64,000 nt of DNA from Trypanosoma brucei (Eukaryota), in the NCBI GenBank assembly GCA_000002445.1, contig CH464491.1:3264001-3328000 (forward strand), given 5' to 3'. Position numbers and translations under genes: made by a program. Shown one piece after another: positions 11,201 through 21,062 of this stretch. Every line of letters begins with the position of its first letter. Position 1 is the first letter of the stretch. The notes under the pieces were generated by a model. The model made no database searches. It was not told the origin of the DNA and saw only the letters and a program-made list of their open reading frames with translations.

Positions 11201-14200
11201 CCGCAGTGATGAGCTTCCCCCAAAGCTCTTTCTGCAGTTGTGGCGGCCGGTACGGGTGTTGTATCAACGATTGTTTAGCCCTCAGCACCTCATGCTATTG
11301 GTGAAAGCCTCCGCCACAGTTGAAGAGTTGAAGTCGGTACTTCGGGATATATTGGAAAACGTCGTAGTCGTTGCGGCGCAGCTTTGTCGCTATACCCATT
11401 GTGACGGAAAAGCTGAATATTACTTGATCCATAGAAAATGTGGAGCAGATGCCGTATTGGGTGGCGAACTGCTCGTTCAGCCCTTGACTTTAGGGCCGTT
11501 CGCCAACACAGGACTCGTGACTCTACTTTCCCGTCTCAGCAGTTTGTTGGGTCAGCCCCAATTGGCATTCCCAGAAGATAGCGAATCCTTTTCCAACATT
11601 AATTCTCACTGCGTGAGCACCGAAGGGAACAGTGCTGATGATGATACAAGGCCAAGGGTGTTGTCATCGGTGACAGAGTTGTTAGACACAATATACAGTA
11701 GTTTGCGCAAGTTACCGTTTGTGGCTCCAGCCGTAATTTCTACTGTTGGCGTTGGTGGCGGCACGAACACGGCATGTGACGACGTTGATGTGCTGAATAC
11801 ACTGTCGGGCGATCTGTCGCTGCTACTCCTCAAAGAGGTTTTAAAGCTTATTCAGGGATTTGGCGAAGATCTATGCGGCCTGCCGTGGGAACACCTTTTA
11901 CGTTTATTACGTCGGTCAGTCACTATGCACGATCCCGTTGAGTTAATGTCATCGTTATCGTCGAGCGAAGCCAGAGCGTTAGCAGGGTTGACGGAAGCAA
12001 CGTCAGTCAAATCTTTCCATGTGCCAACGGGTGTAAAGCAAGGTATCGGCGTGGCGTTTAGAACGCTGGAAACCGTCCAACACTCCCACATAACAAGTTT
12101 GAACGGCGCTGGATTGCGGGAATTAATTCGGTGTGGCGGGGCTTTCATGACGCACCGTTTGCCTCAGGGTGAGGAACAAAGGTTGAACATTAACCTCAGT
12201 GCCGTGCAACTGTTGTGGTCCATCGCCGACTACAGCGCCTCCTTAGGGCATCTACAGGATGGAGAGGCGGACGACAACGGTGGAAATGCTTCCACTTCCG
12301 ACAGTCAGTATGGTGGTGTAACTTATGACCTCTTGTGGTGCACACTGCTGCTGCAGCTGTATGACGGATGCCTCGACTTGAGGCCTGAGGTTCGGCAAAG
12401 CGCCCTCAAGACGCTTTTTTCACTTGTTCAGGCGCACAGCAATCGACTTTATGCGGATTCATGGCGCACATTCTTGCGCGAAGTGTTGGGTCCCCTAATG
12501 GACATTGTTTTGGAGGCAGCAAAAAGTTGCGCAGCGGCCCCTGACTTCTCAGCTGCACCAAGTGTCCCTCTACAGGGGGCCAGTGAGCCTGATGATACGG
12601 CGCACCTTCCAAAATCCAACCGTCAAAATAGTGAAGGCCATCGAGTGACACAGCTCTTGAAACATTTTAACGACACTCCAACATTCTTAGACGATGTCCG
12701 TGTGACAATAATGGATTCGGTATACCGGGTATTCATTTCGCACCACTCCGCGATGCACAAAGCACTTGTCACACAGGCCAAGGTGGAGAAGCAGCGCGTG
12801 GATGGAGAGCTTCTGCTACGCAAAACGTTGTCACATTTTATTGATGTTTGTGCGGCGTCTCGACTCGTGTCACGATCCACGTCCGGTGAGGTTGTTGCGC
12901 TCTCTGCTACAAGGGCATTGCACGGATTGATGGCTTCACTCAAATCATCAACATTAGCACCGGACCAGGTGCCTCTGCTTCTGAGGGAGGAGCGTGAGGC
13001 AGCGTGGTTGGCCGTCGAGGGTTTGATTCACCGCGACAGTGAGTCCCTTCACACAGCAAATGCACAGTGTACGCCTGCTGTTGTCAGCACCATTGTAAGT
13101 GCACTGGGCGATATTGTGGTTCTTCAGCGCAGCAATGCCTCGCAACCCACAACCCCGGGCTCATCTGGACAACAGGAAGAGGCCCCTGTTTTTGCTTCTT
13201 CATTGTTTGGTGCCCTGCGTCAGTCGTTTGCGAATGAACCACGGAGCGAAGAAAGTAAGGTAGATTCATATGATTATTTTCCTCGGTATCTTCAACTTTC
13301 AGAGGTATGCCTTCGGTCCCATGCAGTGACAGAAGCCTATTTTTTCCCCTCGAGGGTTCAAGTGGCCTTGCTTGATGTGTGGAAACGCTTGTGGATATTT
13401 CTAGGCGCGGAGGAGCGAGGTGCTGTCGTGGGCGTAGTGATGCGGCAGTTTCCCACAGAGGAAATTGTCATCACCTTCGTCGGCCAGAAATTACGCACAT
13501 CCCAAACTAAAAGGTCCAATGTGCTAGGCGGTGGTGCGGGGTTGGATGATCTTTTGGGTCAACAAGAGCCAATTTCCCTTCGCCGTACTTTCCCCCCCGG
13601 TGCGCACCCCAACTTTCTTATGGACCTCATGGGCTTTCTTTACTTCATCACCAATGACGAAGGCTCCGCGAAGCAAACTGAACGCTGTCAATCTTCTGGA
13701 AGTGTGAAGGACAGCTTGATAACTCCAATGATACCTGCAATAATTCGTGGAGTTGGTGTGCTTCTGTTATTAGAGTACGCTTCCCCAGATGTGCTTGCCA
13801 CACCGTGCCGCGGGTTATTGTACCATATCCCGAGCGAATTCTTTAACCGCGCAGAAAAGTGCCTTGAAATGCTCTTAGTGGATGTTTTGTGGAATGTCGA
13901 CAAACAGGACTCATCGGCAACAGCGATTACGACTGAGGGCGCGGAGAGCACCCTACACATAAGCCGCCGTGAAGGCCTTTTGGCGTTTTGCTCCTGTTTT
14001 GCTTCGCTGACGTCACTAGCACGCGTGATGGCGGCAGCTGTCGAAACTGGGGCGAGTAGCACGACTGAAGGGAAGTATCCAGAAAACCTTGTCAACGCAC
14101 TGCAGCGCCTCGAGCGGCTGGTTTCGCTGCTTGGAAAACTTATACCATATGTTATGCGCTACTCTACCGATGTGAGCGTGGTTACTGATGCCTTACAGGT

Positions 14201-14807
14201 ACTTGTGCCGGTTTCTTCTGCAGAATCATCGTTATTTGCCGGCGTGGCACGCCGCAGTCTGTGCCTTCTCCGACAGTGGTCCTTGTCGTCGCCGAGCGGT
14301 GGGCCGAGTTGTGAGAGGGAAAAACAAAAGGGTATTCCCCAGGAACTTCAAAAGAAGGAAGTTGGCACTGGTGAACTACAGTCTATTGAAGAGGGTGAAC
14401 TGACTGACAAAAGATTGCAGAGTATGGCGCGAGCTTCGATGGGCGCCCGCAACCGAGCAGTTTTCCGTCGTTTTCTCCACGATATTGGAAATGAGGAGGC
14501 ACGGCAAATGGCAAAAACATCTTTGCAGACAATAGCACTAATCCATCCGGTTCCGGAAGGGATTGAAAAGGCGGTGGAGGAGAGTGACAAGGGCTCAGCG
14601 GTCAGCAAACCGTACCCACAAGGTGCTTCTGATGCAACTCCAACCGATTGTGACCGCGGCGAAAGCGACACGACATCACTTAAGCGGACGTTGCTGCAGA
14701 TGGTGCGTCTCGTTGCACATACCGGGGATGATCCAGAGTTCAGCGCATTGCTGTCCAACGCTATTCTGGGTGTTTGCTCCTCACTGGGTCTAACCGAGCT
14801 TTCTTGA
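8220..14807 (+). CDS. Very large (2195 aa) conserved hypothetical protein, predicted alpha-helical repeat (HEAT/ARM-like) scaffold. A MON2/Dopey-like architecture is only speculative.
   Basis: Uninterrupted 6.6 kb ORF starting at ATG 8220, just after a T12 tract. Leucine-rich helical composition throughout. No catalytic motif recognised. Confidence 0.8.
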   Translation: MSSGRNTSEDTDGAAPRKRILSSSSPPSSSTLVVVVFQSSLEELMLEATRHRSLVPLRDAIHYARMNGHAAGDIFHAFVLACDSLHGMRQSRPLLLRSLKDLAKMASLQMIPITPTVVQVICNLVRKMLGSALPNTNTAVATSQGPHSASKDNLQHGVDSATATSSARHRSASEVRVGAAATDFERLGSTKYGASNSSFHGGEAAGDLVPSPAADDELQISILQMLMSFLSVCELSNAGLADLMGVIFTMYIQSTPASVVEASCAATIEQRTIAVLEKLQNIGGGDPIRGSGDDNISAGSSAVPLQKAKLDVTDTKERDDLFTARIQMVAYVKDICALCADTAPKWLKIGMHCSNSAGQDTEGGVSDASWAVAPWRLRVLLLETLIKYFETHKVTSSRDVTIFFVQCLNQDIVPLVLRRMDSCDGCSASPQMPGQKDDGIVELIPVTDDDEHQLILTQKLSVTLLSNALPLLQNTMHAILRHNVSCVARCLGDVDRKVENHCALSLLSLWRKQVSNYKVLQQLLLIAPESNRSFTVVNEDSSSQQESHKFWHDVHFNPDSGCVRYGSTTLSDGMEPSRSSSLQSQGPGYPPFGDSEKLLQPFAELVAAASRLLTRMITAVEDGVLESVRVDPLPEGSKSVGELLPSPVTTASFLKSHFRAVLRSQRLLQQRVFGNAQEGENSDHGAPKVPPATTATDARPSHPKVTGARDILDFLAIFTQTLAHIVEVLTREKDSVPLGEMKSTFISLHPFLFRSFTLSAQKMRRGGVIYTVMRGITNMVYISCFLRLPEIRNSYLGVFRKLLSQERGQEEVSGVVRRQQEGAERHAPSTQGFGSDADTVAKLVDCSLEVLEEKQYILNCVVSIAFNIGGGLGDGWCGVVSCLLFTPQVLHDLQKTIQRQQHANVPAKEGVSRDTAHDVEYLQDALRALFVNCALSPSGESLLNLLANFVKEACNSLPLGAEGCEGNIGVSTSYLSSLQLICECCSLALLVGAGRSDELPPKLFLQLWRPVRVLYQRLFSPQHLMLLVKASATVEELKSVLRDILENVVVVAAQLCRYTHCDGKAEYYLIHRKCGADAVLGGELLVQPLTLGPFANTGLVTLLSRLSSLLGQPQLAFPEDSESFSNINSHCVSTEGNSADDDTRPRVLSSVTELLDTIYSSLRKLPFVAPAVISTVGVGGGTNTACDDVDVLNTLSGDLSLLLLKEVLKLIQGFGEDLCGLPWEHLLRLLRRSVTMHDPVELMSSLSSSEARALAGLTEATSVKSFHVPTGVKQGIGVAFRTLETVQHSHITSLNGAGLRELIRCGGAFMTHRLPQGEEQRLNINLSAVQLLWSIADYSASLGHLQDGEADDNGGNASTSDSQYGGVTYDLLWCTLLLQLYDGCLDLRPEVRQSALKTLFSLVQAHSNRLYADSWRTFLREVLGPLMDIVLEAAKSCAAAPDFSAAPSVPLQGASEPDDTAHLPKSNRQNSEGHRVTQLLKHFNDTPTFLDDVRVTIMDSVYRVFISHHSAMHKALVTQAKVEKQRVDGELLLRKTLSHFIDVCAASRLVSRSTSGEVVALSATRALHGLMASLKSSTLAPDQVPLLLREEREAAWLAVEGLIHRDSESLHTANAQCTPAVVSTIVSALGDIVVLQRSNASQPTTPGSSGQQEEAPVFASSLFGALRQSFANEPRSEESKVDSYDYFPRYLQLSEVCLRSHAVTEAYFFPSRVQVALLDVWKRLWIFLGAEERGAVVGVVMRQFPTEEIVITFVGQKLRTSQTKRSNVLGGGAGLDDLLGQQEPISLRRTFPPGAHPNFLMDLMGFLYFITNDEGSAKQTERCQSSGSVKDSLITPMIPAIIRGVGVLLLLEYASPDVLATPCRGLLYHIPSEFFNRAEKCLEMLLVDVLWNVDKQDSSATAITTEGAESTLHISRREGLLAFCSCFASLTSLARVMAAAVETGASSTTEGKYPENLVNALQRLERLVSLLGKLIPYVMRYSTDVSVVTDALQVLVPVSSAESSLFAGVARRSLCLLRQWSLSSPSGGPSCEREKQKGIPQELQKKEVGTGELQSIEEGELTDKRLQSMARASMGARNRAVFRRFLHDIGNEEARQMAKTSLQTIALIHPVPEGIEKAVEESDKGSAVSKPYPQGASDATPTDCDRGESDTTSLKRTLLQMVRLVAHTGDDPEFSALLSNAILGVCSSLGLTELS

Positions 14808-15271
14808 GGTGGCGGATGGGAGTGCAATCTCGTTTGTCTTCCTTATACGAATACATTTTTTTTTGCTCTCCATTCTTTGCACTCTGCACGGAGAACGCTG
14901 ATATGCAGGTACGCACATACATATGCCACAACCTGTTCATATAATATACAAAACTATGGAACGATGGAAATAGAGTTCAATGATGTTTCTTATCTTGTGG
15001 ACTCTAGTTCTGTGTGATGTTGTCTTCTTTCGCCTGGTGTGTGCTTTTTATTCTCTACCCCATTATTCTTCGCAAGCACTCTAGTTAACTATTTTTTATT
15101 TCTTTTTTTTACGTCTCTGGGGACGGCAGGGACGTTTTGTGCGTTGCTGTCGTATTGAGTCTTAACACAGAGACCAAGAAAGAGGGACAATAGCCGCAAT
15201 CTATACAGTATTTGTTGCCCAGATACGAGCGAGGGCCGGGAGAATATACATACTGGCATATAGGCGGAGCG

Positions 15272-17185
15272 ATGTCATCGTCAGAAGCGGTGAAGGCGCT
15301 TGCATCCCTGACGAAGGAAGAGCTCATGCAGCGCGTGTTAGAGCTGCAAGGGAAGAATGCGGAGTTGTACGACGAGGTAGAACAGTTGCGGCAGCGCCTC
15401 TCGCAAAACAGGATTCCGGACGTCAGCAACCCTCGTGTTTCGATTCGCCATTCGTGTGATGTCGGTTCGTGTTCGCCCAGCAGGTTCAGTACGCTGGCAA
15501 GTAGCGTGGGGGGACAATACGGGAGCTACACTGTTTCGCTCTCCGTTCTCGTAATCGAGAACGGTAACTCCATGACTGTGCCACTCTCTTCTATTCTGGA
15601 CAAAAGCTACAAGCGGCCGGACATGCGCGAACCGGATACCCCTGCCGTTTCCATGTCAGCAATGCGCGATGAGTCCGACCCGCACGGGCGCTTTTCCGCA
15701 GACCACTGTGACATCATTCGTTCCCCAAGTATGGGAATTGATGGGCCTGCTGGCGGTGGTGCAGAGCTGCGTGGTGTCACGTTCGGTGCTGCTGCTGCAG
15801 CGGCTGTTTCCGCCACCTCAGGTTGTGGGGGTTGCAGACCGTCCATAATGGTTGGTTTCAGTCGGGCCGACGACCAGAGCGAGCCCCCTCCTCGCGATCC
15901 TAGTTCGTGTCGGCCGCCGATGTCCGTGCAACCGATATCTGCGAGCCTTGATGCACCTCGTCATGATATCCAGCGGTTTAGTAGTGGACGACCGCTCGGT
16001 GTGCGCGAGGGCTCCTTAGCATCAGATGGCCTGGTGTCCCACAGGACGCTACGTACCTTTAACCAACAAGTTATTGACGGCTATAGTGCACCCTCACCCA
16101 TGTCTTCTCGAGGTAGTGCGGTGTTTCATTACATCGTGAGAAACTTTACGCTGAATAATGAGTGCAGGCACAACTCCGACGACGTGGAGGGTTTTGGTCG
16201 GGCACTTTGCAGTCTTTGCGAAGAGGTTAAGCGGGTGTTGAAAAGCGAACCACGCCATGGAAGCAGTTATTCTCCGTGCTATGTCTTTGGCGACATCCAC
16301 GGAAACTTCATTGATCTTTTCTATTTTCTGGACAACCTAATTTCGTTTCAGGACCTTCGTTACACGCCGCATCGCTTTGTGTTCCTTGGGGATTACGTTG
16401 ACCGTGGCCCCTTCAGTGTAGAAGTCGTTGCCTACCTTTTTGCCATGAAGGTATTGGCCCCGGACAAGGTACTTCTCCTTCGTGGAAACCACGAAGACAG
16501 TCTCGTAAGCGGTGATATCGCAGGTTATGGTCACACGAGCTTCCGTGCACAATGCCGTGAGTTGTTTGGATTCACATTAGGTGAGGAAGTGTGGAACTGC
16601 GTGAGCGATACCTTCGCCTATCTCCCACTCACCGCAAATATTGATGGAAAGATATTCTGTACGCACGGGGGTATTCCGCGATATAGCGGTGGTGCAGACG
16701 ATCGGTTGTCACAGCTGAGCCGTGGGGATTTCCCTGTGATGCGGACCTTGTTCCAGGCGCCTGCCGATGAAACGCCTCAGCAGAGACAACTGCGGCAACT
16801 TGCAATGGACACCTGTTGGGCGGACCCTGCGGAGGATGAAACTCAACTCGACCGGTGGGGTTTCGGCGACAACCCCCGCGGCCGGGGTGTCATCCTTTTT
16901 GGTAGTAAAGCCGTTGACGACTTCTTAGGCAACCATAACTACGAATACATTTTTCGTGCTCACCAGGAGAAGTCGGATGGGCTGAAGCTCAGCAAGAACG
17001 CAAGAGTGTTCACAATCTTCAGTACCAGTGCTTACGTAGGACACGAGAATGGGGCGGGAGTAGTATTGGTGGCAGATGGGAAAATTAGGTTGATTATAAA
17101 AAATGCGGACAGTATCGAAATGGACCCGGAAACCAACGTTCGCACAGCTCACGGAAACGAGGAACTGGAAAACGGGCCGCGGTGA
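15272..17185 (+). CDS. PPP-family serine/threonine protein phosphatase with a ~330-aa low-complexity N-terminal extension
   Basis: Catalytic motifs in order: GDIHGNF (GDxHG), GDYVDRG (GDxVDRG), RGNHE (GNHE), THGGIP (HGG), PRGRG (RG), IFRAHQ (H). The ORF-track start at 15212 is TTG; the first ATG is 15272. Confidence 0.8.
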   Translation: MSSSEAVKALASLTKEELMQRVLELQGKNAELYDEVEQLRQRLSQNRIPDVSNPRVSIRHSCDVGSCSPSRFSTLASSVGGQYGSYTVSLSVLVIENGNSMTVPLSSILDKSYKRPDMREPDTPAVSMSAMRDESDPHGRFSADHCDIIRSPSMGIDGPAGGGAELRGVTFGAAAAAAVSATSGCGGCRPSIMVGFSRADDQSEPPPRDPSSCRPPMSVQPISASLDAPRHDIQRFSSGRPLGVREGSLASDGLVSHRTLRTFNQQVIDGYSAPSPMSSRGSAVFHYIVRNFTLNNECRHNSDDVEGFGRALCSLCEEVKRVLKSEPRHGSSYSPCYVFGDIHGNFIDLFYFLDNLISFQDLRYTPHRFVFLGDYVDRGPFSVEVVAYLFAMKVLAPDKVLLLRGNHEDSLVSGDIAGYGHTSFRAQCRELFGFTLGEEVWNCVSDTFAYLPLTANIDGKIFCTHGGIPRYSGGADDRLSQLSRGDFPVMRTLFQAPADETPQQRQLRQLAMDTCWADPAEDETQLDRWGFGDNPRGRGVILFGSKAVDDFLGNHNYEYIFRAHQEKSDGLKLSKNARVFTIFSTSAYVGHENGAGVVLVADGKIRLIIKNADSIEMDPETNVRTAHGNEELENGPR

Positions 17186-18042
17186 CATAAAGCAGGTAAT
17201 GCTGCCGAAAGATGGTGGATGATTTTCATGCCGTCAGACAACATCATGTGGGGAGTGAGTGACAAGGTAAGCTTACATCTTTTCACCACCCTACAACCTC
17301 ATGACCTTTTCGCAGCTTTGAAATATGAGCAAGGGCGTGCGAACGAAATCGGCGTGCCTCCACAAAAATGTGCAAGCTCTGCTGGTGGGAGAACACATCA
17401 GTAGTTTGTGAACAGCATATCTACAAGTTGGTGGTAAGAAGCGCTGGTTTTACTATGTGGAGGATGGAGGGATGTTTCGTTAAAAGAAGAAGAAGGGGGA
17501 TGAAGGAAGCGCGTCTGCGTCTTCCTCGCTGCATTCTCGCTCACGTGTGAACAGACCACCGCAGGAGGACACTGCGCCCGGTAGTTGTTGTCCAGTGTAT
17601 GCAGTGAACTCGGGGGTTAAGATGGAGAGCGTGCGGTTCCCAACTAGAGAGCAGATATTTAACCTTTTTTGTCATCTTTTTGAGGATAACATAAATGCGC
17701 CGTGCAACCACTTTTGGTACTATTTCATATCTCTCCTTCAACTATTCCCACATCCATATTCCTCCTTCACGCAGTTACCTTCATTCTTCTGTGCCTGATT
17801 CTCTCTCTCTCTCCTTCTTTCACTGGTTTAAGTCGCTGGGCGTGTGTCATTCGTGCCGGAATTGGCCGTCCCATCTTTTGTGGAGGAGTACACCCGTTGT
17901 CCCACATCCCTCCGCATATACAAAACCTTAGATTGTTGAAGTGAGCTACGACGAACGGGAAAGCATATGGGCATCAAACCATGAAATATGGCTCATTGCC
18001 CTTTTTCTCCACCCTTCTTCACATTACACTTGCATTCCATGT

Positions 18043-18068
18043 ATATATATATATATATATATATATAT
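18043..18068. repeat. (TA)13 microsatellite in an intergenic region
   Basis: Direct read: gtatatatatatatatatatatatatattc. Confidence 0.9.
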
Positions 18069-18362
18069 TCTGCTTTACCGTAATTGCTTTTCCTCACTTT
18101 TTTTCTTTGTCGTGGGCGCTAGCGTTTCGAGAGAAGCTGCATCTAATAAGTGGCTCCAACTGAAGCAGGTGGCACCTGTCGAAGGCAAAGAATTCATCAA
18201 GTGGCCCACGGTTTTTATTTTTTGAAGACACACTCGTAGGTGCGGCAGAAAAGGCGAGGCTGCGAACATTCACACATACAACCAAAGGAAGTAAGTGCGG
18301 TCAGTCGGGGCCGGTGCTACTCGCATAATATATTGTGTTTACCGTTTAACTATTCCTCTTTT

Positions 18363-20024
18363 ATGAGCTCCAGGATGTCACAGAAACTTCGTGGCCACTC
18401 ACTTGCGCCCAAACGGCAGAAGCCCTTGGTGAATCCCGAATTACTTCTGGCCTCACCGACGGACTCGACACGAGGTGGGAGTAAACAGTTTGTTCGTGCT
18501 TTTAATGATGACGGATGTCTTTCCACTCGTGAAGTGGGCGTGCGGTGGTTTAACTTTGCGTTGCTATCCATCTTCTACACACTTCGTTCGCAACCGTGGT
18601 CATTACTAATCACGTACACAATTCTATTGTACGTTGGAATACTATTCGTGTTCTCTGCAGCGTATGTTGTGTGGGCCCGTGGGTGTGGTGCCCAAGACGG
18701 CTCAACGTGGGTGTCCGCTCTGTATTTCACCGTTGTTAGCTTTGCGGCTAACGGTGGTTATGTTGGTGAGCAGCAAGACACCATGCTCGATCCGCATCAC
18801 GTGTGCTTTACCGGACGTACGCTCATTGTAACACTGCTTTCTTTTGGGAACATCATATTCGTCGGACTTGTTGCCGCACTCGTCGTTGGAAAGGCGGCGT
18901 ATGGCGAGGAGTTAGGTCACCGCATAGTCTTCAGTGACTTTTGCTCGCTGGCAATGGCCCCGGGTACAAAAGATCGAGACTGCTGGGACCTCACTTTTCG
19001 CATGGCTAACAGCAGTTCAAGCAAGGCACTCGCACATGGTCAGCTGCGGCTCTTCATTGTAACATCAGAGCCAACAGACAACTCAAGGCATCAACGCAAG
19101 AGGCGTAAGAGTTCAGTGGATAGAACGGAGACACGACGGCACGCCACTAGTAGTCATCATCACATTGATGACAAGAGTAAGCGATCGGGCCAGTTATCGA
19201 AACATTTGGAACACCATATAAGCGACGGTACCGTTCAGACAGAAACCCATCCGCATAGACGCGAGGGAGAACTTGATGATGTAACGAGGATGGATCGCGA
19301 ATCGAGGGAGTGGGCGGACGCCGAGTCGCATATTGTAGAGGTGTTGGCAGAGGAACACCTGAAACGGAAACGAGGTCGTGAACACACCTCTAAACGCCAA
19401 GTACTGTCGTCGCCTGCCACGAGTTCATGTAGCAGTGATGCGGATGGCGGGGCCAGTTTTGGCGGGGCTACGGGGTCGGGGTGTTCATACGTTCCCATCA
19501 ACTCACCTGAGAGTGCCCTGAAGCAAGTGTCCATTCAAGTTGAGGAATTAAGATGGACATGTTCTGGGGAGAAGCACCTCGATGGGCGGGACGGTAGACT
19601 ACTGTTATGGTTCCCAGTGGACATCACGCACACGATTAACCGTTACAGCCCGCTCTACCGCTATGTAAAGCATAATATGACTAATAGTCTTTGCACGCTG
19701 AATTCTCTGCAGGTGGCATCTCCCGCGATCCCGCAGGAAGCGATATCCGAGGAAGAGGGGGGACCAGCCGCTACCGCAGCGTTTCCCTGCTCATTTCAGC
19801 TTGTGGTAATTTTTGACGCAACTGAAATGGAAAGCGGTAGACACATTTCTGCTCGGCACACATATGCCGCGGACGACATAATAAAGCACTACAGGTTTTC
19901 CAATAAGGTGGTGCGCATGTCCCCGGAAAAGAGGGAGGTACTTGTTGACTATCACTATTTTAATGAAATGCTCTCAGATGTCGTGTCGCCTTTGCACCGT
20001 ACGGAGCGTGTTCGCACACGTTAG
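18363..20024 (+). CDS. Inward-rectifier (Kir)-like K+ channel homolog with a non-canonical selectivity filter
   Basis: Kir-like order of elements: QFVRAFNDDGC (Kir RFVxKxGxCNV-like), an outer helix, a pore region WVSALYFTVVSFAANGGYVG in place of TxGYG, an inner helix, then a cytoplasmic domain beginning VFSDFCSLAMAPGTKD (Kir VFSxxAVIA-like). The first ATG after the polyY is 18363; the ORF-track start at 18240 is a GTG. Confidence 0.65.
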   Translation: MSSRMSQKLRGHSLAPKRQKPLVNPELLLASPTDSTRGGSKQFVRAFNDDGCLSTREVGVRWFNFALLSIFYTLRSQPWSLLITYTILLYVGILFVFSAAYVVWARGCGAQDGSTWVSALYFTVVSFAANGGYVGEQQDTMLDPHHVCFTGRTLIVTLLSFGNIIFVGLVAALVVGKAAYGEELGHRIVFSDFCSLAMAPGTKDRDCWDLTFRMANSSSSKALAHGQLRLFIVTSEPTDNSRHQRKRRKSSVDRTETRRHATSSHHHIDDKSKRSGQLSKHLEHHISDGTVQTETHPHRREGELDDVTRMDRESREWADAESHIVEVLAEEHLKRKRGREHTSKRQVLSSPATSSCSSDADGGASFGGATGSGCSYVPINSPESALKQVSIQVEELRWTCSGEKHLDGRDGRLLLWFPVDITHTINRYSPLYRYVKHNMTNSLCTLNSLQVASPAIPQEAISEEEGGPAATAAFPCSFQLVVIFDATEMESGRHISARHTYAADDIIKHYRFSNKVVRMSPEKREVLVDYHYFNEMLSDVVSPLHRTERVRTR

Positions 20025-21062
20025 AGGCGATCCGGGGAGAGGAGTGGCAAAAAGCGAACCTGCAAGTAGTCTACAAGGAAATCGCTTGTTGGCGCACGAC
20101 GAAAGAGTAGCCGAGTCAAAATGTGGGCGGGTGTACCGCGTGAACGAAGAGGTGGCAGCGTCTTATAAGAACTGTAGTTGCGGCTCTATACGTGTACACC
20201 TGTTAAGTTGGTGCCAGATATTGCATTGGCACTGGTCATTCCGTGAACTTCCAAAACAGGTTTAAACGATGATGTCGGCGACCGTCCGGTTGGCCACTTT
20301 GGATAGCAAACGCCTATGTCTTGGATGAGGGTGACGGCTACCCTCGGTTTCATGACGGCGAATACATTGCGGCCGGTAATGATTCACTTAAAATCCATCA
20401 GTAACCTTTGTTTTTCTGGTGTCAGTAGAGTCCCATATGTATCGATGTGCTTCTATGACAAAGACACGTCGCTCTCGCTCCGATCATACTGTTTGGCGTA
20501 ACCTTTTCCAGCGGGTTAATCAGGTATGCGGTACTACATGTCTTTTTTTTCTTTTACAGCATCACTTTCCCCCTTTTTTTTTCTGTTTTTTATTGTTCTT
20601 TACGCTGCCCAGTACCCTCAGGTGGCGTCAAACGCCCTCCGCACACGCCGACGGTTGCAGGAGCAACAACTCACCTGGTGTTTTGAATGGCTAGTGGTTT
20701 AATTCTGCATGAGTTGAAATGATAGCTGCGGCACTTACCCTCTCTTCGCACAGTGTCGCGGGGATATGGGATGTTGGTGCACGGGGGCGTGGGCACCACA
20801 CGGACGTCTCCGCTCCTTTCGTTTAACGAACTGTCGATGTAAATTCAATTTGTTCCCGGTGATATAACGTCTGTTCGTGGAATTGCACCTACCACTAGTT
20901 ATATATTTTTTTCTTATGTTTTGTTATATTTCTTGAGTGGTCGGTGTGTTGCGACGTCAACTGATTGTGGCGTGCTTCCCGCAAAAGTTCACTAGGTTTC
21001 GTAAATAATACTTTTGAGGTGTGAGAGGGGGCAAACCGTGTTATTGGTGATCTCAATGCAAT

